From NCBI GenBank assembly GCA_002104945.1, contig MCFH01000006.1:992001-1056000 (forward strand): a stretch of 64,000 nt of DNA, read 5' to 3'. Below, piece after piece: positions 12,781 to 23,094 of the stretch. Numbering within the stretch: the stretch's first letter is position 1; the number at the start of each line of letters is the position of its first letter. Made by a program: the position numbers and the translations under genes. Below the pieces are notes generated by a model. It was not told the DNA's origin. It ran no database searches and saw nothing but the letters and a program-made list of their open reading frames with translations. Source of the DNA: Piromyces finnis finn (taxonomy: Eukaryota; Fungi; Neocallimastigomycota).

Positions 12781-15700
12781 TCATGGAACAAAATTATGAT
12801 CTCCATTGGTTGCGCTGGCCCTCCTGGCCTGTCTTACTGTTTCTTCAGCATTGACGCTCTTGGATGTTGCTTCAAACCTTTTGAACATTGACCATTGCTG
12901 GCCAATAGCAAAAGGCATGATTTTGGTTAGAAGTTCCGCGGTTACCGTCAAGAATGGTGTTCCTTCGTTAGTACCAGATTGAATCTGACGCTTACAAAGT
13001 TCTTTCCATTCCCTTGAATTGTAATTGATATTGTTAAAACTTCTTCCCCCAAGAAGGAATTTAAATATTTTACTGCACACACTAGAATAATCATACACAT
13101 TAATATTCACCGGATTATTAGAACTATTACTATCATTAACTAAATTACTATCTAAATTAGAATTATTATCTTCACTATTGCTATCATTACTAATATTATT
13201 ATTTCTATTATTGTTATTATTACTATTGTTACTATTACTATTGTTACTATTACTATTGTTATTACTACTATTGTTACTATTACTATTAATGTTATTACTA
13301 TCTCTACTGATATTATCAATTTCATTATTATTGATAGGACTATTGGAATTACGTTGACTGAAAAAATTAAGTAGCTGGACTATGGAATCATAATGTTTAA
13401 TACGGATATCTCTAAATGTTGGACAATCTAATAACCAATGTTTAATACTTTGATCTCCACACTTGCAACATGGACAGTAGTTAGGACAAACTGGATCAAC
13501 AAATTTAGCAGCTTTGGCAACTCTAGCATCCAACTTGTATCCGCTTCTTGCTTTCAAGAGCCAGTAGAAGCCATAGGCAAACTCTGGGTACTCATAACAT
13601 AATTTGATAAAATCTTTAGTTTCAATAAATTTATTATCATCATAATATTGCGCTTTGATTGAATTCCCTTTGAGATCTTTCCAATAAAAAATTTTAACTG
13701 CTTTAACATCTCCATGTTTCTTTAATTTTTTATCAAGTGTCCTACTTGATTTGCACCACGTGTATTTTCTAAATTTAGGAATGTAATTGACAAGGTGTGA
13801 GATAATACAATTTGAGTTTTTCCATTTGTTAAAACATCTAACCTGAGCTAACGCACATTTGGCTGACAATGGAGGAATATTCAAATCTTTTGAGATAGAG
13901 TATAAAGATATAAACGATACAGCTTTATGAACTCCGGCAACCCATCGTATTCCTTTGTTAACATGCTTCTGAGCAATCCTAGACCTAGCTTTGTTGGATC
14001 CAAGTAATGGTGCAAAGTATGAAACTCTGCTAATCACTTGAGAGTTAAGTACTAGCTTTTTGAAAGGAATAGGAATATTAGGATTTCTTAAGAATTTACT
14101 GACTGAAAAAAGTCCTTTCAAAACTTTGTTATTAAGAGTTTTAATAACTGGTTTAAGGGACAGATTCTTATCAAATGGAACACCAAGATAAGTATAACAA
14201 TCAGTAGTTGGAATGGGTTGTCCTGCTAAGTAAAATGTTGGATCTCTCTTGTTCTGATTTTCTATTGATTCAGGACGAATCACCATCGTTGAACATTTCT
14301 GGATACCAAATTCCATTTCATTATACAAGGCCCATTCATTAACTCTTCTTAGCATCTTTTTTAAGCATCCTCTTGTTGGAGCACAAATAACTATATCATC
14401 TGCAAAAAGTCCACCACAGCATCGAGTGTCACCTAAACTGACTCCAAGATCTTCGCACTCTTTAAATATATCATTAATAAAGAGATTAAAGAGAATAGGA
14501 GAAAGAGGGCAACCTTGACGGACTCCTTTCTTCACATCAAAAGATTTCGAGAATTGTCCATCTAATTTGACATTAGCCTTAGATGTTAAATATAAATTTT
14601 TGATGAATTGTAAACTCTTACCTCGGATTCCTAAACAATCTAATTTATGGAGAATATTACCGATTGGGACTGAATCGTATGCTTTCCTGAGATCTAAAAA
14701 GGCCAAATATGTCTCTTTATTATCTAATTGACGTCTACGGCATATTTCTTGGATTGAAATGAAAAGACTAATACTTTCTTCCTTTTTTCGAAAACCAAAT
14801 TGTTCAGGTCTAATGAAATTATTCTTTAGACAATATTCTGAGATTCTAGTGGTGACAATTTTGGAAATCAACTTAATACCATTATTGATAAGTGATATAC
14901 CTCGATAGTTATCACAATCTGTCAAATCTCCCTTCTTAGGAATAGAAACAATACTGGATTCATTCCATGAGTTGGGGAAGTCTCCATCCCAAATACGGTT
15001 GAATAATTTAAGAATAAAATTTAAACCATGAGCATCATTATCTGAAGTGGTATTACCGGAAGAATTATTATCTGTAGCATTATTAGAATCATTACTTGAT
15101 GGAATTAATGCTTTGTAAAATTCAATTGGAATACCATCCGGACCTGATGCTTTATAATTTGGAGTAGAGAGGATAGCTGACTTGACTTCATCAATACTAA
15201 TATCTTGGTTGATATCCCACTCATCAAGCATAGGAAGTGAAAAACGTTTATTCATTGGTTCTTCATACCAATGCTCCAAATCAAGACTTATACCACTTGG
15301 GTCTGATGCAAGGTTTTCGAAATGATCATGCCACACTTCTAGTTGTTCTTCTGTAGCAACAACTAATTCTCCATTTTTATTTTTAATTGGTTGAGCATTA
15401 AAGAAAGAATCTTTTCCAATTTTTGCAGTTTTCTTGATCCATTTCCAGGCCTTTTTAGGATTATGACTCTTCATATACTCACATCCTGTTTTAATCCAAT
15501 GAAGATATTCTTGCTTCCTAAATTCATTACATCTTTTGTGGATGTAATCAATGAGCTTACGGTAGATTTTAATTCTTTTAATAAATTCATCTATATCATA
15601 AATTCTTTCTTTTTTAAATCTCTTATACAACTTCATTTTGATTTTTTGAAGATTAAAAATTTGTTGTGAAATATGAAATGAAGACTTTATAACATTATTT

Positions 15701-17280
15701 GCTGAGGTAATACTGAGCTCGTCTGCAATTGAAAAAGCAGTTGAAGTAAACTCTTTGGAAAGTTCATCTGTAGAAACATTAGGATCGTTGAATTTTGCTG
15801 AAAGTATTTGGAATTTATTATGACTGAGAATAGATTCCTTTTCCTCAATACATTTTAATCTATTCCATTTCAGAATTTTCTTAGGAACATTAAAGTCATT
15901 AGAAAAATCTTCCATAGGAATAATTTTACCATTAATAAGAAGTGGCTTATGGTCTGATACAGGATAAAAATTATTTATAAATGATCCTGAGTGAATAAGA
16001 TCTTTCATCTTCGAATTGATAAGAGCATGGTCAATGTCGGAAGATTGATCACCTCGAGTCCAAGAGATAGTCGACCCTCTAAGCGGAAGAATTTCCCAAT
16101 CTCCTAATCCATTAGTTGATAACCAGTTGGATAATTTTACTTTAGACATATTAAAATCACCAACAAGAATCGATGGATGGGATGAATGAGTTTGTAACCA
16201 CAAGCGAACTTCTAACTTTGCATGATCAACATAGATGTTGTGATGACTATGAGGCATATAAACATTTCCAATCGAGCATTTGAATCTATTCCAGAGACTA
16301 AAAGTATAAATAGAAATAATATACTTTCCAGAGAAGTTTTCAAGTGAGGCTTGACACGAATTGTGAAAACCTAAATATAAACCTCTCATTCCCGGAACTG
16401 ATTCGTCAGCTTTCTTGAAAAAGTGTCTATAGTTTCGCAAAGTAACACGACAAGGATAATCTGTATTCGAACCAGAACCATTACCAGTTTCTTGGAAACA
16501 TAAGAATAATGGTTTGAAAATAGCAGTGAAATAGCTAATACTATCTCTCTTTTCGTGATTCCACCCATTGGTGTTCCAACTAAGACAAAAAGAAAAGTTA
16601 TCAAGCTTGTTGGATGAGGAAGAATCGTTGCTATTATTATTATTATTAAAGTCATCGTTATTAATGGATGATGCATCAGAGGAATAAGTAGAACTATTAC
16701 TAGATGGCTGTGAAACTGAAGAACTATCAACTATAGAACTGTTATCAGAGTTGATAGAACTATTAGAATTAATTGTTGAATGTTGAAATTGAAATTGTGT
16801 TTGCTGTAGATCTGGAATATTTTCATGATGGGAAACTTGTTGAAGATCGGATTGTTGATGAGATTGTTGAACTGATTGTTGAAATGATTGTTGAATAGAA
16901 TGTTGATGTTTATTAGAAACTAAAATTTTACGTTTGAGAGTGGAAAAAGTGTATTTGTGATTCCTTCTACTACGAGCTGAAAAGGAAATTGAGGTAACTG
17001 AAAGTTTCTTCTTTAACATGTGTAAAATTTTAATACAATCTTTTGATGAACCATGAACCTTGACTAAGAAAAAGTGATCATTGAAAGTTTGAAAATATTT
17101 AACACTAATAACTGAATTAAATTTATCTTCTAGAATAACCTCGAGTTTTTCCCATAGCATATTTACTGACCATGATCGAATACCACGGATAAAGAAGGAG
17201 CGAATATCATCTAAGGGGATACCATAAGACCGGGTACCACGTCTGATATAATTCTTATCTTTAATATAAAGGACTGACAT
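12781..17280 (-). CDS. LINE polyprotein: N-terminal domain, AP endonuclease, RT, C-terminal Cys/His knuckle, Asn-rich tail
   Basis: Endonuclease motifs LSWNTNG, LCFQET, LVGDFN, DIDH, SDHKPL. RT motifs GPDGIP, NYRGISL, QFGFR, FLDLRKAYDSV, GVRQGCPLSPILF, FADD. Knuckle CPCCKCG..IKHWLLDCP. Confidence 0.95.
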   Translation of the reverse strand: MSVLYIKDKNYIRRGTRSYGIPLDDIRSFFIRGIRSWSVNMLWEKLEVILEDKFNSVISVKYFQTFNDHFFLVKVHGSSKDCIKILHMLKKKLSVTSISFSARSRRNHKYTFSTLKRKILVSNKHQHSIQQSFQQSVQQSHQQSDLQQVSHHENIPDLQQTQFQFQHSTINSNSSINSDNSSIVDSSSVSQPSSNSSTYSSDASSINNDDFNNNNNSNDSSSSNKLDNFSFCLSWNTNGWNHEKRDSISYFTAIFKPLFLCFQETGNGSGSNTDYPCRVTLRNYRHFFKKADESVPGMRGLYLGFHNSCQASLENFSGKYIISIYTFSLWNRFKCSIGNVYMPHSHHNIYVDHAKLEVRLWLQTHSSHPSILVGDFNMSKVKLSNWLSTNGLGDWEILPLRGSTISWTRGDQSSDIDHALINSKMKDLIHSGSFINNFYPVSDHKPLLINGKIIPMEDFSNDFNVPKKILKWNRLKCIEEKESILSHNKFQILSAKFNDPNVSTDELSKEFTSTAFSIADELSITSANNVIKSSFHISQQIFNLQKIKMKLYKRFKKERIYDIDEFIKRIKIYRKLIDYIHKRCNEFRKQEYLHWIKTGCEYMKSHNPKKAWKWIKKTAKIGKDSFFNAQPIKNKNGELVVATEEQLEVWHDHFENLASDPSGISLDLEHWYEEPMNKRFSLPMLDEWDINQDISIDEVKSAILSTPNYKASGPDGIPIEFYKALIPSSNDSNNATDNNSSGNTTSDNDAHGLNFILKLFNRIWDGDFPNSWNESSIVSIPKKGDLTDCDNYRGISLINNGIKLISKIVTTRISEYCLKNNFIRPEQFGFRKKEESISLFISIQEICRRRQLDNKETYLAFLDLRKAYDSVPIGNILHKLDCLGIRGKSLQFIKNLYLTSKANVKLDGQFSKSFDVKKGVRQGCPLSPILFNLFINDIFKECEDLGVSLGDTRCCGGLFADDIVICAPTRGCLKKMLRRVNEWALYNEMEFGIQKCSTMVIRPESIENQNKRDPTFYLAGQPIPTTDCYTYLGVPFDKNLSLKPVIKTLNNKVLKGLFSVSKFLRNPNIPIPFKKLVLNSQVISRVSYFAPLLGSNKARSRIAQKHVNKGIRWVAGVHKAVSFISLYSISKDLNIPPLSAKCALAQVRCFNKWKNSNCIISHLVNYIPKFRKYTWCKSSRTLDKKLKKHGDVKAVKIFYWKDLKGNSIKAQYYDDNKFIETKDFIKLCYEYPEFAYGFYWLLKARSGYKLDARVAKAAKFVDPVCPNYCPCCKCGDQSIKHWLLDCPTFRDIRIKHYDSIVQLLNFFSQRNSNSPINNNEIDNISRDSNNINSNSNNSSNNNSNSNNSNSNNSNNNNNRNNNISNDSNSEDNNSNLDSNLVNDSNSSNNPVNINVYDYSSVCSKIFKFLLGGRSFNNINYNSREWKELCKRQIQSGTNEGTPFLTVTAELLTKIMPFAIGQQWSMFKRFEATSKSVNAEETVRQARRASATNGDHNFVP

Positions 17281-17927
17281 GATAATAAATTCTAATTAAA
17301 AAATATTGAATATAAAATAAATACTAATAAAAATTACAAATATAACGTATATGGAAAAAAATCTGTATCTCTCTCTCTTCTTAAAAGTACTGGATGGTAC
17401 AAAAATTGTTACGATGCTTTGTTTAAAGTTTCTTTTTTTTTTGAATTCTAGTTGTAAATTTTCTTTAAAAATTCTAGTTTTGGTTTGTTGTTAGTAAATT
17501 CGATTCGTTTTTTGACACTAAAATTGTTTGACTTTACTTTTCATTAAATATTTAAATTGGTAAAAAATTTGAATCAAGAATGTTGACACCAGAAAGCTTG
17601 TGAATAGTATTTTTACATGATGTAGAGTGAATCAGTCTCTTACAAGAAACAATACAACAATAGCTACATGAATATAAAAATACAATGCAAATGCTAAAGT
17701 TGACTACATTGGATTCTTACAAGAGAAGAGTAGTACTACATGAATACATGAATAAAAGAAAAAAATACAGCAACAAAATGTATTACTCTTCTAATTAAAT
17801 ACTATACAAACTTACCTGAATATCAAACATTCAACTTATTCATCAAATACTTAAATTCGATGAATAAAATGTTTTTTAATCGCTCAGTACCATGAGCTTA
17901 GTCCTAATAATTTTCCCTTAAAGACTA

Positions 17928-18174
17928 ACCAAGCATCCATTGCGCAATGCTTGGATTTAATTCTTTCTACTCTCTCAGTACCATGAGCATGAGTAGACCC
18001 CCTTGAGAAACTACATTTATTAAATAAATGAAGGCACATTCCTAAGAGGGCACCAAGCATCCATTGCGCAATACTTGGATTTAATTCTTTCTACTCTCTC
18101 AGTACCATGAGCATGAGTAGACCCCCTTGAGAAACTACATTTATTAAATAAATGAAGGCACGTTCCCAAGAGGG
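17928..18174. repeat. Tandem duplication (2 x about 124 bp) of the 5' end of the LINE leader
   Basis: accaagcatccattgcgc...aagaggg occurs at 17928-18051 and 18052-18174; copy 3 has it only once (about 29808-29930). Confidence 0.9.
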
Positions 18175-20129
18175 GACACCGAGCCAAAGATCAAAATTTT
18201 ACCATGGAACAAAGTTATGATCTCCATTGGTTGCGCTGGCCCTCCTGGCCTATTTTACTGCTTCTTCAGTATTGACGCTCTTGGATATTGCTTCAAACCT
18301 TTTAAACATTGACCATTACTGGCCAATAGCAAAAGGCATGATTTTGGTTAGAAGTTCCGCGGTTACCGTCAAGAATGATGTTCCTTCGTTAGATCTTTCC
18401 AATAAAAATTTTTAACTGCTTTAACATCTCCGTGCTTTTTTAATTTTTTATCAAGTGTCCTACTTGATTTACACCATGTATATTTTCTAAATTTAGGATT
18501 GTAATTGACAAGGTATGAGATAATACAATTTGAGTTTTTCATTTGTTAAAACATCTAACCTGAGCTAATGCACATTTGACTGACAATGGAGGAATATTCA
18601 AATCTTTTGAGATAGAGTATAGAGATATAAATGATAAAACTTTATGAACTCCTGCAACCAATCGTATTCCTTTATTAACATGCTTCTGAGCAATCCTAGA
18701 CCTAGCTTTGTTGGATCCAAGTAATGGTGCAATGTATGAAATTCTACTGATCACTTGTGAGTTAAGTACTAGCTTTTTGAAAGGAATAAGAATATTAGGA
18801 TTTCTTAAGAATTTACTGATCGAGAAAAGTCCTTTCAAAACCTTGTTATTAAGAGCTTTAATTACTGGTTTAAGGGATAAATTATTATCAAATGAAACAC
18901 CAAGATAAGTGCAACAAACAGTAGTTGGAATGAGTTTTCCTGTTAAGTAAAATGTTGGATCTTTCTTGTTCTGATTTTCTATTGATTCAGGACGAATCAC
19001 TATTGTTGAACATTTCTGGATACTAAACTCCATTTCATTATACAATGCCCATTCATTAACTCTTTTTAGCATCTTTTTTAAGCATCTTCTTGATGGAGCA
19101 CAAATAACTATATCATCAGCAAAAAGTCCACCACAGCATCGAATGCCTCCTAAATTAACTTCGAAATCTTCGCACTCTTTAAATATATCATTAATAAAGA
19201 GATTAAAGAGAATAAGAGAATAAGAGAAAGTGGGAAACTTTGACGGACTCCTTTCTTCACATCAAAAGATTTTGAGAATTGTCCATCTAATTTGACATTA
19301 GTCTTAGATGTTAAATATTAGTTTTTGATAAATTGTAAACTCTTACCTCTGATTCCTAAACAATCTAATTTATGAAGAATATTACCGATTGGGACTAGAT
19401 CATATGCTTTCCTGAGATCTAAAAAGGCCAAATATGTTTCTTTATTATCTAATTGACGTCTACGGCATATTTTCTGAATTAAAATGAAAGGACTGATACT
19501 TTCTTCCTTTTTTCGAAAACCAAATTGTTCAGGTCTAATGAAATTATTCTTTAGACAATATTCTGAGATTCTAGTGGTGACAATTTTTGAAATCAACTTA
19601 ATACCATTATTGATAAGTGATATACCTCGATAGTTATCACAATCTGTCAAATCTCCCTTCTTAGGAATAGAAACAATACTGGATTCATTCCAAGAGCTGG
19701 GGAAGTCTCCATCCCAAATACGGTTGAATAATTTATGCTTAAAATTTAAACCATGGGTATCATTATCTGAAGGAATACCATCTGGACCTGATACTTTATA
19801 ATTTGGAGTAGAGAGGATAACTGACTTGACTTCATCAATACTAATATTTTGGTTGATATCCCATTCATCAAGCATAGGGAGTGAAAAACGCTTATTCGTT
19901 GGTTCTTCATACTAATGCTCCAAATCAAGACTTACACCACTTGAATCAGATGCAAGATTTTCGAAATGATCATGCCACACTTCTAGTTATTCTTCTGTAG
20001 CAACAACTAATTCTCCATTTTTATTTTTAATTAGTTGAGCAATAAAAAAAGAATCTTTTCCATTTTCAGGCCTTCTTAGGATTATGACTCTTCATATACT
20101 CACATTCTATTTTAATGCAATGAAGATAT
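18175..20129 (-). pseudogene. LINE copy 2, degenerate, truncated at both ends, with internal deletions
   Basis: Homologous to the RT and C-terminal regions of copy 1. Has stops and frameshifts, a large deletion at about 18390 (GTPF jumps to YWKDL), and no A-tail. Confidence 0.9.
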
Positions 20130-20572
20130 GTATTCATAAATAAACTTAAAATTACATAAGAAAAAAAAATTTTAAAGAAATAATAATTCTATTTATAAAA
20201 AGTAAAAAATATTAGGAATTTCAATTCGAAATTGAATCACAAATATAAAAAATTAACTAAAAATTAAATTCAAAATTAATTAGATGATAATTATTATTAT
20301 GCTATTTCTTACATAGCAATTTTAACAATTTCTATTGTTTCTATTAATACCATCTTTCTCATTCATTCATTAATAATAACTAACAATCAGATCAAATTCT
20401 AATATTAAAAAAACTTATTTAATTTATAATTGATAATTATAATTTTATTAATTATTAATTTTTTTATATTACATTAAAGATACATTTATATTTCTTAATC
20501 AAAATTATAAATTTATATTTTATAAACTAATTTATAAAAATAAATTTATTATTACATTTTATTGTTTTCAAC

Positions 20573-22870
20573 TTAACAGTTGGATGGCATACCACACCAG
20601 TTACCGTTTTCAACACCCCAGTCACCATCGGCATCAGTGTACCAGACATCACTGCAGGATGAACAGCACTTGTAACCTTGGGCAATGACATTAGCGTTAC
20701 ATTTAGCAGCTGGAGTAGAGGCTCCACCACAACCACACCATTGACCGTTTTCAACACCCCAGTCACCATCAGCATCAGTGTAAACAACTTGGCAGTTCTT
20801 GGAACAGCACTTGTAACCTTGGCTCATGATAGAAGCTGAGCACTTACCACTGCTACCAGTGTTGCTGTTGTTGTTACCACTGCTGCTACCACCGTTGGAG
20901 TAGCTACCTAAGTCGTAAATGGCAATAAGACCATTGGCAACCATAATTTCGGTTTGACCCCAGAATCTGTGGTAAGTGAAGGCTGGTGGGTTACCTCCGT
21001 TGAGGAAGTCTTCGACTTGAGCCCAATCTGGATCTTCCTTGTACTTTGGACGAATGTCAATGAAAGTAGCACCGCTCTTAATGTTGGCACCTTGAGCGTT
21101 CTTACCACTCCAGCCAGATGGAATGTAAGTTTCTTGACCGAAGTTGGCGTAGTCAAGACGTTCTTCGTAGGTAGCGTAACCAAGATCATCCTTGTAGTTT
21201 TCAAGGACTTCCATAACGTTAACAGCAAGAGAAAGACCTTCATCATCACCGTCCTTCATAGAAACCCACATTAAGGCCTTCATGATAGAGGCAAGAGTAC
21301 CAAGATCAATACCAGTGGCAGAAACAGTACCGTGGAGGGATCTGTTAAGGTTGCTCTTGTTGAAGTTGGAGGACTTCCATTCATCTGGATTACCAGACCA
21401 GGCTAAGTTAGTGGCGTGAATAACTTCGTTACCACTAATTTGAACATTGTCCTTAACCCACTTGGCCCAGTTTTGACAGACAAGTCCGGCTCTTTCATCA
21501 CCAGAAAGGTAGTACATGGAACAGACACGTTCCATACCCCAACCTTGCATACCAGTCCAGTTGTTGGATGGTGGGTCGTGGTAAACTGGTTGCCAGTCGT
21601 ACCACATACCGTAGAAGGAAGTAATGTCGCTGCTTGGTTGAGCGTAGTGACCTTGCCATGAGTTAGTGGCACCACCAGCAATACAACCTTCTGGAGTTTG
21701 TAACCATCTGAATAATTCTAATTGACGGTCCATGGAAGTAGCCCAATCCTTAGCACCAGTAGCAGACTTTGGCTTGAAAGCAGATTGAGTAGAAAGAATC
21801 CAGGCAGCTAATGGGGATTGGTAACCACTGTGAGTGTGGGAAGAACCAATTCTCCAAGACCAGTCACCTTGTAAACCTCCACCCCAGGCGAAGTACCAGG
21901 AGATAAGGTAGTGAGCTGAGTTCTTACCAGAACCAGCAGAACATCTGTCGTAACCAACACAGTTACCGATCTTCTTGAAGTATTTATCGTAGTGAGCGTA
22001 ACGTAAGTAATCACCAAGCTTAGAGGCTTTCTTGGCAACAGATGAAAGATCTTGTCCATCTTCATCAGCCCATAACCAACCGAAGTAAGCGGCTTGAATG
22101 GCACGAGCATCGGCATCTGGAGCAGCAGTGTATCTCCATTGCTTAGCGTAGGAGTTATCTAAGGTGAAAAGATCTAAGAAACCGTTCTTACCACCCCACT
22201 TCATGGTTTCCCAACATGGGTGTGGAACAGTCTTCCAGGCAGATTCTGAAGCACCACGTTGGAAGGTGTTAATGAAGGATGGCTTAGACTTACCATCACC
22301 TTGTTGACCGTAACCGTACCAGTTATCACCATCAATAATCCAGTGCATGGCGTAGATATCCCAGTTACCGTAGGCTTGGGAAAGTTCCTTGGCAATTGGA
22401 TCTTCACCAACAACACCGTTGACGAATTCGAGCTTGGCTGGGTAGTCTTCAATATCATCACTTTCTGGAGCATAGGTAGCTGGTGAGGAAGTGTTGTACT
22501 TGCTCATACCTGGTTGGTTCTTGCTGTCTGGAATTAAGTGCTTTTCTAAGTAGCTCCAGGCAGTTTCAACACCAGAGTAATCACCAGTAAGCTTACCGTT
22601 AACAGCTTCTAACCAAACCCAGAAGGAGTAGGTTTCAGAGACGGATTCGTGACCGTGATCTGGAGCTTCAACCATAAGAGTTTCAATAGAGTGGTATGGA
22701 ACGTTTTCTGGTGAGAAGTATTCAGATTGGTATGAACCATTACCAGTAATGATGTTGTAGTGGTCCATAGCACGTTCAGCGAACTTTTGAGAGGCACCAG
22801 AACGCTTCATTGGAGCGGCCATAACGGCAGAAGCACCAAGAAGAGCAATAGCAGATCTAATAGATGGCAT
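20573..22870 (-). CDS. cel48A: GH48 cellobiohydrolase with signal peptide and two C-terminal fungal dockerins (copy a)
   Basis: VEAPDHGHESVSETYSFW, INTFQRG, YAKQWRYTAAPDADAR, GGATNSW, YHRFWGQ; two QGYKCC...DADGDWGVENG.WCG dockerins; intronless. Confidence 0.97.
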   Translation of the reverse strand: MPSIRSAIALLGASAVMAAPMKRSGASQKFAERAMDHYNIITGNGSYQSEYFSPENVPYHSIETLMVEAPDHGHESVSETYSFWVWLEAVNGKLTGDYSGVETAWSYLEKHLIPDSKNQPGMSKYNTSSPATYAPESDDIEDYPAKLEFVNGVVGEDPIAKELSQAYGNWDIYAMHWIIDGDNWYGYGQQGDGKSKPSFINTFQRGASESAWKTVPHPCWETMKWGGKNGFLDLFTLDNSYAKQWRYTAAPDADARAIQAAYFGWLWADEDGQDLSSVAKKASKLGDYLRYAHYDKYFKKIGNCVGYDRCSAGSGKNSAHYLISWYFAWGGGLQGDWSWRIGSSHTHSGYQSPLAAWILSTQSAFKPKSATGAKDWATSMDRQLELFRWLQTPEGCIAGGATNSWQGHYAQPSSDITSFYGMWYDWQPVYHDPPSNNWTGMQGWGMERVCSMYYLSGDERAGLVCQNWAKWVKDNVQISGNEVIHATNLAWSGNPDEWKSSNFNKSNLNRSLHGTVSATGIDLGTLASIMKALMWVSMKDGDDEGLSLAVNVMEVLENYKDDLGYATYEERLDYANFGQETYIPSGWSGKNAQGANIKSGATFIDIRPKYKEDPDWAQVEDFLNGGNPPAFTYHRFWGQTEIMVANGLIAIYDLGSYSNGGSSSGNNNSNTGSSGKCSASIMSQGYKCCSKNCQVVYTDADGDWGVENGQWCGCGGASTPAAKCNANVIAQGYKCCSSCSDVWYTDADGDWGVENGNWCGMPSNC

Positions 22871-22912
22871 GTTTAAATTTTAATAAAATAAAATGTAATA
22901 TTTAAAATTAAA

Positions 22913-23094
22913 ATTGTTCGTTCCTGCAAACGAATATTATAAATAAAATTTATAAATGTAAGTTTGTTCCAGCAAACAATATAATATTAAAAAATATTAA
23001 ATTTTTTAATTATGAAGTTTTAAAATGGAAGGAAATTTTTCATTTTTATATAAATTTTTTTTTTTTTTAAATAAATAATATTATAAGCATTAAA
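22913..23094 (-). promoter_or_regulatory. GH48a core promoter and 5' UTR hairpins
   Basis: TATATAAAAA at 23052-23043; block at 23008-23026 identical in copy b; hairpins at 22962-22977 and 22913-22935; 16-mer at 23079-23094 shared with copy b. Confidence 0.6.

Larger units (their letters stand above)
12533..18174 (-). mobile_element. Non-LTR retrotransposon copy 1, full-length with intact ORF (APE-RT; RTE/RTEX-like assignment tentative)
   Basis: Single 1499-aa ORF, about 240-bp 3' UTR ending in an A-tail (T-run near 12533-12543), and about 890-bp leader shared with copy 3. Confidence 0.93.

Noticed and set aside
12817-12858. Hammerhead ribozyme suggested by CTGAAGA
   Set aside because: No stem II followed by GAAA and no three-way junction could be built.
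20527-22797. Many overlapping small ORFs in and opposite the GH48 genes (also 32573-34831)
   Set aside because: Shadow ORFs produced by strong codon bias.
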